Shown here: one piece after another, positions 32,041 through 40,974 of the stretch
How the letters are laid out: the number at the start of each line of letters is the position of its first letter
Numbering within the stretch: the stretch's first letter is position 1
Source of the DNA: an uncultured Hormoscilla sp.
Lineage (GTDB): Bacteria; Cyanobacteriota; Cyanobacteriia; Cyanobacteriales; Desertifilaceae
Assembly (NCBI GenBank): GCA_963921275.4
Contig: OZ001293.3
Location: 5,792,001-5,856,000 of the forward strand
Direction of reading: 5' to 3'
DNA length: 64,000 bases
Translations under genes and position numbers: made by a program
The notes under the pieces: generated by a model
The model's database searches: none
What the model was told of the DNA's origin: nothing
What the model saw: only the letters and a program-made list of their open reading frames with translations

Positions 32041-32448
32041 GTCGCAACTTGAGTTAATAGTCTCTACCCAAGAGACATCATAGTCGCACTACCCAAGAGA
32101 CATCGTAACCGCACTACTCGGAACATCGTACTCGCACTACCCACTCAGGTTTATCGTCCTCCCACCCCGTGGTCTGGCAGTTGCTGCACAAGGATGGATC
32201 CCCCCCAAACCCCCCCTTGCAAATGGGAGAGATCGTGAGGATTGCGCTGCGCGCACGCTACGCGAGCGACAGGTTTTGACCACACCTATTGGAAACCGAC
32301 TAATAACATTTTGTAAAAATGAGGCTCTGCATCGTCATCGTCGGTAATCTACTTCGATCGATCGGGCATTTCAGGTTCAGCAACCTCGGGTTGGGTTTCG
32401 TACCTCAACCCAACCTACATAAGCCTCCAGAAACCCGGTTTCTTTGCG

Positions 32449-33198
32449 TCATCCGATCGCCTGGATGCATTCTGCCTGATCGTTCCTAGCATTATTGACA
32501 GCCGAACTGACTGGATATGCTACTATATCTATGTTAGCATTTTGCTCCAACAATGGCAATAGTTCTTGAGGATTCTTGTTCTCGGGATCTAACCATTGAG
32601 AGTAAGCTGCTGGGGACAGAATTACTGGCATCCGCTGATGAATGTGACTGACCCGTTCGTTAGCAGCAGTTGTCAAAATCGTACAAGAGACGATCTTTCC
32701 TCCCTCCCCAGACTGCCATGTATCCCATAAACCCGCAAAGGCAAATAAGGCCCCGTAATCACTAAAGTGATTACTACGAACCCCGGAATCACTGAAGTGA
32801 TTACTACGAACCTCGGAATCGCTTTAGCGATTACTACGAACCCGGAAATAGTACGGTTGTTTCTGCTTTCCTTGTTGCTGCCATTCATAGAAACCGTCGG
32901 CTATTATTAAGCAACGCCGACCCTTAAACGCCGTTCTAAATGCTGGTTTTTCTGCTACTGTTTCCGCCCTGGCGTTAATTAACTTCGCTCCCATTTTTGC
33001 CTCTTTCGCCCAACTGGGTATTAAACCCCAACGCATCCATTCTAACTGCCTTTTTCCCGATCTTTCTCCTACCACGATAGATGCGATCGCCTGACTGGGG
33101 GCAATGTTATATCTTGGTGAAATATCGGGGACTTCGGACAGATAAAATTTCGAGGCAATCTCCAATCCTGAAACTGTTAAAGTAAAACGTCCGCACAT
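32449..33198 (-). pseudogene. SOS response-associated peptidase (SRAP/YedK) interrupted by a REP array
   Basis: MCGRF start, INARAET, ADGFYEW, IHQRMPVIL; three 30-bp REP units inserted in frame carry a TAA. Confidence 0.85.
32752..32841 (-). repeat. Three 30-bp GTTCGTAGT-hairpin REP units
   Basis: Same family near 37995, 40478-40567, 44117-44178, 46382 and 56408-56466. Confidence 0.85.
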
Positions 33199-33236
33199 AG
33201 TTTATTATTGGGTAATCGCGATCGCTACTGTCTTTT

Positions 33237-35351
33237 CTACGAGACCTCGGACAGGTAAGATTCCCGCCCGATAATTACATTTTCTCCCGATACCTGCTTT
33301 TCCCGATATACTGCTAGGTCGAACCAGAACGTCGTCCCCACTCCTACTTCACTCACCAACTGGATCCGAGTCTGATGCTTCTCCATTATATTCCTAACAA
33401 TAGACAGACCTAACCCCGTACCTTCTAGCGTGTGAACTCGGTTCTCCACTCGGAAAAACCGATCGAATATCGCTTGTTGGTCCTGTTTGTCAATCCCAAC
33501 TCCTGTATCAGATATCTCTATCCGCACCCCTTGCCCTTTATGTTCTATCATTAGTTCTGGGAATGCATCTTCTAACAGATAGGCGCGAACCATTACCCGT
33601 CCCCCTGAATTGGTGAACTTCAGCGCATTCCCCACGAGATTAGTAAATACCTGCAGTAAGAGATCGTAGTTCCCTAATACTGGGGGCAAATTAGCTTCGA
33701 TATCCTGTAGCAGTTCGATTCCCTTATCCTTAGCATGCAGCTGATAATTCCGCAAGGTTTGTTCTACCGGTTGACCGATGTCTACGGGATTAAAATGATA
33801 GATCCGACAGGATGTTTCTAGTCTCGACAAGTCTAACACGTCGTTCACCAGGCGCGTGAGGCGATCGGTCTCGTGATTGGCGGTTTCCAGGAAATCGCGA
33901 CGTTCTGCTTCAGTGAGTTCTTCTCCGTACTCGTAAAGGGTCTCGATAAATCCTTTAATATTAAATAGAGGCGTCCTTAACTCGTGAGAGACATTGCTGA
34001 TAAACTGGGACTTGGCCTCGTTCAATTCTACTTCGCGAGTAATATCTTGCACGGTGATGGCAATTCCCTTCAAGCTTTTCCGGTATTGCTCGATTATATG
34101 ATTGCTGGAATCATGTTCGTACAGGACGCATTCCGTGACATGGGGGCGATCGGGGAACCGACAGGTATCCTCCCGGTCGTGGAGACAGTTTTTACAGAGG
34201 GACTCTTCCCCGGTGGCGCGGTGGGAGAGTAAAGTCGTCAGTAAAATCCGGATGGTACGGTTTACTGGTTCCGTGAGAGTGATGCGAAACTCGGCACCAT
34301 CCCTAGTTGCTGTCGGCATAAGCCCAGCGGCAATTTCATGCAGGGGTCGCGTCAGTTTCACCTGTACTAGGGGGGGCAGTTTATCCAGTACCTGAGAGCC
34401 TAGCACGGATTTATCTTCCCAGCCAAAAATCCGTTGTGCCGTGGGGTTAACTAGCATCACCCGTAAATCTGGGTCTAGCAACACCGCACCATCGGCGATC
34501 GTGGACACCAGGGTTTCCAGCTTCGCCTTTTCGGCGGTCAGTTCTTCAATATTTTGTTCCTCATAGCGTTCTAGTCGTTCCGCCATTTCGTTGAAACCGA
34601 GGATTAATTCCCCCAGTTCCCCACTCAAGGGTAGATCGACTCGCTGCTTGAAATTCCCAGCAGCAATGTTTTTCACCCCCACTAGCAATTCTTTAATCGG
34701 TTGGGTGATCGTCAAGGCATTAAATACTCCACCCAGTATTACCATTACCCAGATCGAGACAAAAACCGCGATCGTCACGTCCCGGGTAAGATTGGAGGAA
34801 GTGACCACAGTCGGGTTAGGATTAATGCCCAGGGCCAAGACTCCCAAGTATTGGTCTGAGTGGGTAATTGGAACGAAGACATCAGTGACTTGTCCGGAGG
34901 GAGTTTGATGCTGTCGGACAAAGGGAAACTGGGCATCATGACCGAAATCTGCTGGTAACTGCATGCGCCGCCTAATTGTGAGGGAACTATTCACTTCCGA
35001 CTCCCAAGAAGGTATTCCGAAGAAGATCTTGCCCCTTTCATCGGCGTAAAGCATATAGCGAATATTATCAGTATTTTCATAGAAGCGCTGGGAAAAGCGA
35101 GCCACTTCTGTGAGATGGTCTTCTGCCATCAGGGGTGCTACATTAGAAACTAGGAGTAGTCCCAGGTCGCGACCGAAGCGGGTATCGCTCAGACGGGCAT
35201 CCAGTTGAATGCTATTCACCGCCCAGAAGGTCAGACTACTCATAATTAAACTTACGGCCAAGGTGGCAGCAGCCATTAATCTGGTTTGGAGGGTAAACTC
35301 CGACCACCAGTTGGCTATAATTTCTCCAATCTTCTTTATTAACGCGATCAT
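33237..35351 (-). CDS. nblS: Sensor histidine kinase NblS/Hik33 (TM-HAMP-PAS-HisKA-HATPase)
   Basis: WWSEFTLQTRLMAAATL N-terminus, EEQNIEELTAEKAKLETLVSTIADG, SHELRTPLFNIK, FRVENRVHTLEGTGLGL. Confidence 0.95.
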   Translation of the reverse strand: MIALIKKIGEIIANWWSEFTLQTRLMAAATLAVSLIMSSLTFWAVNSIQLDARLSDTRFGRDLGLLLVSNVAPLMAEDHLTEVARFSQRFYENTDNIRYMLYADERGKIFFGIPSWESEVNSSLTIRRRMQLPADFGHDAQFPFVRQHQTPSGQVTDVFVPITHSDQYLGVLALGINPNPTVVTSSNLTRDVTIAVFVSIWVMVILGGVFNALTITQPIKELLVGVKNIAAGNFKQRVDLPLSGELGELILGFNEMAERLERYEEQNIEELTAEKAKLETLVSTIADGAVLLDPDLRVMLVNPTAQRIFGWEDKSVLGSQVLDKLPPLVQVKLTRPLHEIAAGLMPTATRDGAEFRITLTEPVNRTIRILLTTLLSHRATGEESLCKNCLHDREDTCRFPDRPHVTECVLYEHDSSNHIIEQYRKSLKGIAITVQDITREVELNEAKSQFISNVSHELRTPLFNIKGFIETLYEYGEELTEAERRDFLETANHETDRLTRLVNDVLDLSRLETSCRIYHFNPVDIGQPVEQTLRNYQLHAKDKGIELLQDIEANLPPVLGNYDLLLQVFTNLVGNALKFTNSGGRVMVRAYLLEDAFPELMIEHKGQGVRIEISDTGVGIDKQDQQAIFDRFFRVENRVHTLEGTGLGLSIVRNIMEKHQTRIQLVSEVGVGTTFWFDLAVYREKQVSGENVIIGRESYLSEVS

Positions 35352-35397
35352 ATCTGTCTGTTGTTAGTTGCGTATAATTTGTCTCGCTTGTCCGTTT

Positions 35398-36714
35398 TTA
35401 CTGTTCGTTAAGCACGCGGTGACCGATATCCTGTCTATAGTACATACCTTCAAACTCGATGCAGTCTACCGCAGCATAGACGCGGGCAAAGGCTTGCTTA
35501 AAGGTTGAGTCCGTTGCTACAATGTTGAGGACGCGACCGCCATCTGTGAGTAGTTGTTGTCCTTGCAGTTTGGTGCCCGCTTGGAAGACAATTGCTCCCG
35601 ATGCTTCCGCCCGATCGATGCCTGTAATAACTTTGCCTTTCTCGTAGGTTCCCGGATAACCATTCGCTGCCAGGACAACACAAGCACAGACTTCTGACTT
35701 CCAGGCGATGCTGCGCCCAGACGGGCCTAGTTCTGCTAAGCGTCCAGTTGCGGTAGCTAAGAGGATTTCCTCTAAAGGAGTTTCCAGTAGGGGGAGAATA
35801 GCTTGTATTTCGGGATCGCCAAAGCGACAATTAAATTCGATCACCTTGGGGTCGCCAGGGGGGGTAATCATCAAACCCGCATATAGAACGCCTCGGTAAA
35901 CTATACCCCGATCGGCCAGGGCCCGCACGGCAGGGGAAAGAATCTCTTGTTGAATGCGTTGCATCAGGTTTGGAGTTACAATTGGAGCCGGGGCATAGGC
36001 ACCCATGCCGCCAGTATTAGCACCCGTATCTCCTGGGCCAATGCGCTTGTGGTCTTGGGCGCTCAATAGGGGGATAATTGCTTGACCGTCAGTTAAAGCC
36101 AGAATCGAGACTTCTTGACCATATAAGCATTCTTCAATCAGGATCTGGGAACCCGCCGCCCCAAATTTACCTGTAAAGGCAGCCTCGATCGCGGCTTCTG
36201 CTGCTGCTAAAGTAGTAGCAACTGTAACGCCCTTACCAGCGACCAAACCATCGGCCTTGACGACGATCGGCAGTTTTCCAGTTTGCACGTAGGCTTTAGC
36301 AGTGTTAGCATCTGTAAATACAGAAGCGAAGGCCGTAGGGATACCCGCTGTTGCCATCAATGCTTTTGCCCAAGCTTTGCTGGACTCAATTTGAGCCCCG
36401 GCCTTGGTAGGACCAAAAACAGGGATTTGTTGCTGTTGTAGGTAGTCTGTAATACCCTGGGATAGAGGCAATTCCGGACCGACTACTACCAGGGATATCT
36501 GATTATCGGAGCAAAATTGTCCGATGCCAGGAAAGTCATCGATCGCGTAGCGTGCGCGCAGCGCATTCCCCAAAGCCAGGTTCTCACAGCGATCGGTAGT
36601 AGCTGTGCCGCCATTGCCCGGTACGCAGAAGACTCGTTCTACCTGGGGCGATCGCAATAAAGTTCTGGTAATGGCGTGTTCTCGACCTCCACTGCCAAGG
36701 ACTACAATTTTCAC
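35398..36714 (-). CDS. purD: Phosphoribosylamine--glycine ligase
   Basis: GTG start, GSGGREHA, QDHKR, NTGGMGAY, EFNCRFGDPE. Confidence 0.97.
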   Translation of the reverse strand: MKIVVLGSGGREHAITRTLLRSPQVERVFCVPGNGGTATTDRCENLALGNALRARYAIDDFPGIGQFCSDNQISLVVVGPELPLSQGITDYLQQQQIPVFGPTKAGAQIESSKAWAKALMATAGIPTAFASVFTDANTAKAYVQTGKLPIVVKADGLVAGKGVTVATTLAAAEAAIEAAFTGKFGAAGSQILIEECLYGQEVSILALTDGQAIIPLLSAQDHKRIGPGDTGANTGGMGAYAPAPIVTPNLMQRIQQEILSPAVRALADRGIVYRGVLYAGLMITPPGDPKVIEFNCRFGDPEIQAILPLLETPLEEILLATATGRLAELGPSGRSIAWKSEVCACVVLAANGYPGTYEKGKVITGIDRAEASGAIVFQAGTKLQGQQLLTDGGRVLNIVATDSTFKQAFARVYAAVDCIEFEGMYYRQDIGHRVLNEQ

Positions 36715-36808
36715 CTGTGCCTCGCTTTTACTATTCAAAATGCTTCTATTATGACATAATGTTAAGCAAAGATCCCGGTCTGGTGCAAAATCTACTGAGA
36801 AATGGGCA

Positions 36809-38002
36809 ATGAAAGGGCAAAAACTGCTGGGCTTGACGTTGGCAATGTTAGTTGTGAGTTTTGCCGGATCTCCAAGGGTGTCGGCCAAGAAGCGCGATTG
36901 CGAACGGTTACCTCCTAGTCCCTTGGAGATAACCAAACCTGACCCCCTGCTGCCTCAAGAACCAATGTCTCCTAGGGAACAGCAAGATTTCCTGGCCCAG
37001 TTGGACAGGTTACATAGATCGGCCATGACCCAGTTAGATACTGGCAATATGCGGAATGCCTTTGAGATCTGGTATCGAGAGTTGCGACTGCGACGGAGTT
37101 TGGGGCCGATGGCGGAAGTGGAAGCATTGGGGAGAGTCGGGGCGATCGCCTGGGCCGAAAATCAGCGGTCGGAGTTGTTGGTAGTGAAGGGGCGGTTGCA
37201 GTCGGTGCAGGAAGAGGCGACCTTATCCCAGAATATGGTGCTATTAAACTCACTGGGGTCCGCTTACGAACAGATGCGATCGCCTGATTTAGCCCTTGCG
37301 GTTTATGAAGAAATAATCACCGATGCTAGGAGAGCGTCCGATAGTGAGAAAATCGCGGAGATATTAAATAAGATCGGTCAACTGCATCTGAGTTGGTTTG
37401 ATTACACCGAAGCAGCAACAGCGTATCAGGAGTTGCTGGCCTTAGGGATGTCAGAGGGAGATCGCGCCAGTCAGTTAATCTATGGGCAGCAGCTAGCATA
37501 CATTTACGATCGAGGTAAAATGCCAGAGCGGGCGATCGAAGTCAAACACCAGCTGATAGAATTATACCTGCAAGCCGAGAATTTGACAAAGATTCCGGAA
37601 CTGCAGATAGGGATCGGTTCTGACTATGTAGCTACGGGGAACATGGCAGCAGCAGCCGAATATTATCAAGCAGCTTACGAGTTAGCTGAATCCTTGCAGC
37701 AGTTTAGCGATGCTGGGATAGCCTTGTCAAGGTTGGGGCAACTGTATCGAGAGTCCGATCGGGCCGAGTTTGCTTTAGCGGTTTATAAGCAGTTGTTGTA
37801 TGTGAACGATCGCTCCTATGACATGTATGGTAAGATGAAGACCTACGATCGGATTGGAAAGATTCACGTAAATCGAGAAGAATATGGGGAAGCATTAGAG
37901 GCATTCAAGGAGGGATTAGGGTTAGCTGCGGAGTTGAGAGTGGATGCAGAATATTTTATCGTGCAGATAGAAAAAGTGCAATCAAAGATCCAGGGTTCGT
38001 AG
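36809..38002 (+). CDS. Tetratricopeptide-repeat protein with signal peptide
   Basis: N-terminal hydrophobic signal and TPR-like helical repeats. Confidence 0.75.
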   Translation: MKGQKLLGLTLAMLVVSFAGSPRVSAKKRDCERLPPSPLEITKPDPLLPQEPMSPREQQDFLAQLDRLHRSAMTQLDTGNMRNAFEIWYRELRLRRSLGPMAEVEALGRVGAIAWAENQRSELLVVKGRLQSVQEEATLSQNMVLLNSLGSAYEQMRSPDLALAVYEEIITDARRASDSEKIAEILNKIGQLHLSWFDYTEAATAYQELLALGMSEGDRASQLIYGQQLAYIYDRGKMPERAIEVKHQLIELYLQAENLTKIPELQIGIGSDYVATGNMAAAAEYYQAAYELAESLQQFSDAGIALSRLGQLYRESDRAEFALAVYKQLLYVNDRSYDMYGKMKTYDRIGKIHVNREEYGEALEAFKEGLGLAAELRVDAEYFIVQIEKVQSKIQGS

Positions 38003-38023
38003 TAAACGCTAAAGCGTTTGCCC

Positions 38024-38160
38024 GGCACTGGTTCAGCCCGATCGATCGAATCAGCTCAATTCCTTGCAATTCAAAGGCTTAACTAATTTTTAACCGCTCG
38101 GCTCAAACCCTGACTGTGTAGGGTATTCGAGCTTCTATTTAACTAGACTGAACCAGTGTC
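38024..38160. mobile_element. 137-bp MITE
   Basis: TIRs GGCACTGGTTCAG / CTGAACCAGTGTC. Confidence 0.7.
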
Positions 38161-38272
38161 TGGAGATCATTCCCCCCAAAATTAAGAAGGTGAAGCTATG
38201 GAAGATAAGTTTTGGTTAGAAGTGGATGGATGCCTACCACCACTTGATGATATTTGCTCTTTGTGCTGACGG

Positions 38273-38533
38273 ATGAGTTATCAATATTTACTCGATACTA
38301 ATATTTTATCCGATCTAGTCAGGTATCCTCAAGGTCGCATCTTTCACAAAATCGCTTCTCACCCATGCGGCATCAGGCGATCGGTCGGCTTAGGACAGGT
38401 GGATGCAATTCGCTTTTTACAACAGATGGGATGGGGGCATAGTGACTATACCCAAGAAAGAGGCGAGATTTTGGATTCTGTAACGCGGGAGTAATTTTGG
38501 CAGGATTTGCAGAGGATTAGAGACAGGAAATAA
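38273..38533 (+). pseudogene. VapC/PIN N-terminal fragment fused to a small-protein remnant
   Basis: YLLDTNILSDLVR..QG, then unrelated DAIRFLQQMGWGHSDYTQER. Confidence 0.55.
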
Positions 38534-38571
38534 TTATTAATTGAGGTGAAATAATTTTCTAGCAGTCGGGT

Positions 38572-39081
38572 ATGATAATGAGTAAGCATAAATTAGAGAT
38601 CGACAATAGTCAAGTGCCAGAAGGTTATAAAAAAACTGACATTGGGGTGATTCCTGAAGATTGGGAGGTTGAATATCTGAAAAACGCACTAAAACAGAAT
38701 CCTCAATACGGAATTAACGCGCCGGCTGTGCCGGATCGTGATAATTTGCCAGTTTATATCAGAATTACTGACATATCCGAAGATGGTTACTTTGCGCCAG
38801 ATAATTTGGTTAGTGTTAACCAAGAAAATTCAGACCAATATTATCTCGAAAAAGGAGATTTGGTTTTTGCCAGAACTGGTAGTGTTGGGAAATCATATCT
38901 TTATAATCCCGATGACGGAAAACTCGTTTTTGCAGGATTTCTAATTCGCATAAGACCTGACGAAAACATACTACTACCCCATTATTTAGCTCAGTATGTA
39001 AAAATAAAAGCCTACTGGGATTGGGTTAAGTTAATGTCTATGCGTACTGGCGAGATTTTGGATTCTGTAACGCGGGAGTAA
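38572..39081 (+). pseudogene. hsdS: Truncated type I R-M specificity subunit (N-terminal conserved region plus one TRD)
   Basis: VPEGYKKTDIGVIPEDWEV, YIRITDI, GDLVFARTG.VGKSY; stops inside the duplicated leader. Confidence 0.85.
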
Positions 39082-39158
39082 TTTTGGCAGGATTTGCAGA
39101 GGATTAGAGACAGGAAATAATTATTAATTGAGGTGAAATAATTTTCTAGCAGTCGGGT

Positions 39159-40436
39159 ATGATAATGAGTAAGCATAAATTAGCGATCGACAATAGTCAA
39201 GTGCCAGAAGGTTATAAAAAAACTGAGGTTGGGGTGATTCCTGAAGATTGGGAGGTAAAAACCTACGAAGATATTTTTACGTTTTTGACAACTGCAAGCA
39301 ATCCAAGAGCAGATTTATCGCTAGATAAAGAAGTTGAATATATTCACTACGGAGATATTCATACTAAATGGGATTGTATACTTGACTTACGCCTTGAGTC
39401 TTTGCCTTCTATTTCTAAACAAAAGGTGAAAAGAGCAACCATTTTAGAAGAAGGAGATGTTATCATGGCTGATGCGTCAGAAGATTACGAAGGAATCGGC
39501 AAGAGTGTTGAAGTTATCAATATTAGTGAACGTCATATAGTCGCTGGTCTTCATACATTTCTATTGCGAGATAAAAATCAGGTTTTCACTGATGGATATC
39601 GAGGCTATTTACACAGGATTGAATCGGTAAAACAATCAATCGATCGGATGGCTACAGGATTAAAAGTATATGGAATATCTAAGAAGAATCTCAAAAATAT
39701 TTTACTACCTGTTCCTGGCAAAAAAGAACAACGCGCGATCGCCCAAACCCTATCGGACGTAGATGGCCTGATTGCCGCACTGGATCAGGTGATCGCCAAA
39801 AAGCGCAACATCAAAACCGCCACCATGCAGGAACTCCTCACCGGCAAAAAACGCCTGCCGGGGTTTGGTGAGGAGTGGCAAGTAAAACGGCTTGGCGATA
39901 TTGCAAATATTACGATGGGGCAATCTCCCAGTTCTCAATATTACAATTCAAAAGAAATTGGTCTTCCTTTAATTCAAGGTAATGCTGACATTAAAAATAG
40001 AAGAGCAGTAATTAGAAACTATACATCTGAAGTTACCAAAAAATGTTACGATGGAGACATTATATTGTCTGTTCGCGCTCCCGTAGGTGAAGTTGCTAAA
40101 ACTAATTTTGATGCTTGTATTGGCAGAGGTGTATCTGCTATTTCTTACCCCAATGATTTTTTATATCATTATTTAATTTTTAGAGAAAGTAGGTGGAGCA
40201 AGTTATCTAAAGGGTCAACATTTGACTCGATTAATTCAACAGAAATTAAAGATTTAGAAATTAAGCTGCCAGTAGATTTAATAGAACAACGTGCGATCGC
40301 ATCTATCCTGTCGGACATGGATGCGGAAATAGCGGCCTTAGAAAAGCGCCGCGCCAAAACCCAAGCCATGAAGCAAGGCATGATGCAGGAACTCTTAACC
40401 GGAAAAACCCGACTCATCGTTCCCAACCATCCTTAA
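39159..40436 (+). CDS. hsdS: Type I R-M specificity subunit S (two TRDs); no hsdM/hsdR in window
   Basis: Two TRDs, EQRAIA..LSD.D conserved regions, KQGMMQELLTGKTRL. Confidence 0.93.
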   Translation: MIMSKHKLAIDNSQVPEGYKKTEVGVIPEDWEVKTYEDIFTFLTTASNPRADLSLDKEVEYIHYGDIHTKWDCILDLRLESLPSISKQKVKRATILEEGDVIMADASEDYEGIGKSVEVINISERHIVAGLHTFLLRDKNQVFTDGYRGYLHRIESVKQSIDRMATGLKVYGISKKNLKNILLPVPGKKEQRAIAQTLSDVDGLIAALDQVIAKKRNIKTATMQELLTGKKRLPGFGEEWQVKRLGDIANITMGQSPSSQYYNSKEIGLPLIQGNADIKNRRAVIRNYTSEVTKKCYDGDIILSVRAPVGEVAKTNFDACIGRGVSAISYPNDFLYHYLIFRESRWSKLSKGSTFDSINSTEIKDLEIKLPVDLIEQRAIASILSDMDAEIAALEKRRAKTQAMKQGMMQELLTGKTRLIVPNHP

Positions 40437-40639
40437 AACCGCAAACTGCCATCTAAAACAACCAGGATAAAATATCATTCGTAGTAAACGCAAAGCGCGT
40501 CTGCCGAGGTTCGTAGTAAACGCAAAGCGCGTTTTTCGAGGTTCGTAGTAAACGCAAAGCGCGTTTGCGGAAGGCCACCAATTGAGAAACCAAACCGTTT
40601 CGCTGGTGCTTTCCCCAACATACTTCTTAATTGCGAATA

Positions 40640-40861
40640 ATTACTTGGATTTGATATAATATTTATTCTCTCGCTGCCAATGCTTTAATTTGTTTATACA
40701 AAGCATCGGTAATTTTGTCGCATCTAAAATTTTGATGCTAGCTAGTTTTCCTTTAGCGTTATAATCAACAGCAATTCCTACCGATAGCCTTGAGTTGTCA
40801 CAGTTGTTTCCTGAAAGATAATACTCAAGGCATTAACTTCTCGATCGTAGATAATTTTCAT
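40640..40861 (-). pseudogene. DUF2283-family protein, frameshifted
   Basis: MKIIYDREVNALSIIF, then a shifted frame GIAVDYNAKGKLASIKILDA. Confidence 0.55.
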
Positions 40862-40974
40862 GGAAGTGTCTTTATTCTGTACGCTGATAAAATTGCCGAT
40901 AGCCTCAGTTCTCGGGCAGGCGAGACGCCCGCCCTACGAGGGACTCGGGCAGGCGAGACGCCCGCCCCACGGTA

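Larger units (their letters stand above)
30874..32054 (+). mobile_element. IS982-family element, copy 2
   Basis: Same TIRs as copy 1; flanks (AAAGTA / TAATAG) do not form a TSD. Confidence 0.9.

Noticed and set aside
32062..32145. Mini-CRISPR or iteron array beside IS982
   Set aside because: Three degenerate contiguous ~25-bp units with no spacers or associated gene.
36715..36936. 74-aa N-terminal extension of PurD
   Set aside because: It overlaps the divergent TPR gene, and PurD homology begins at GTG 36714.
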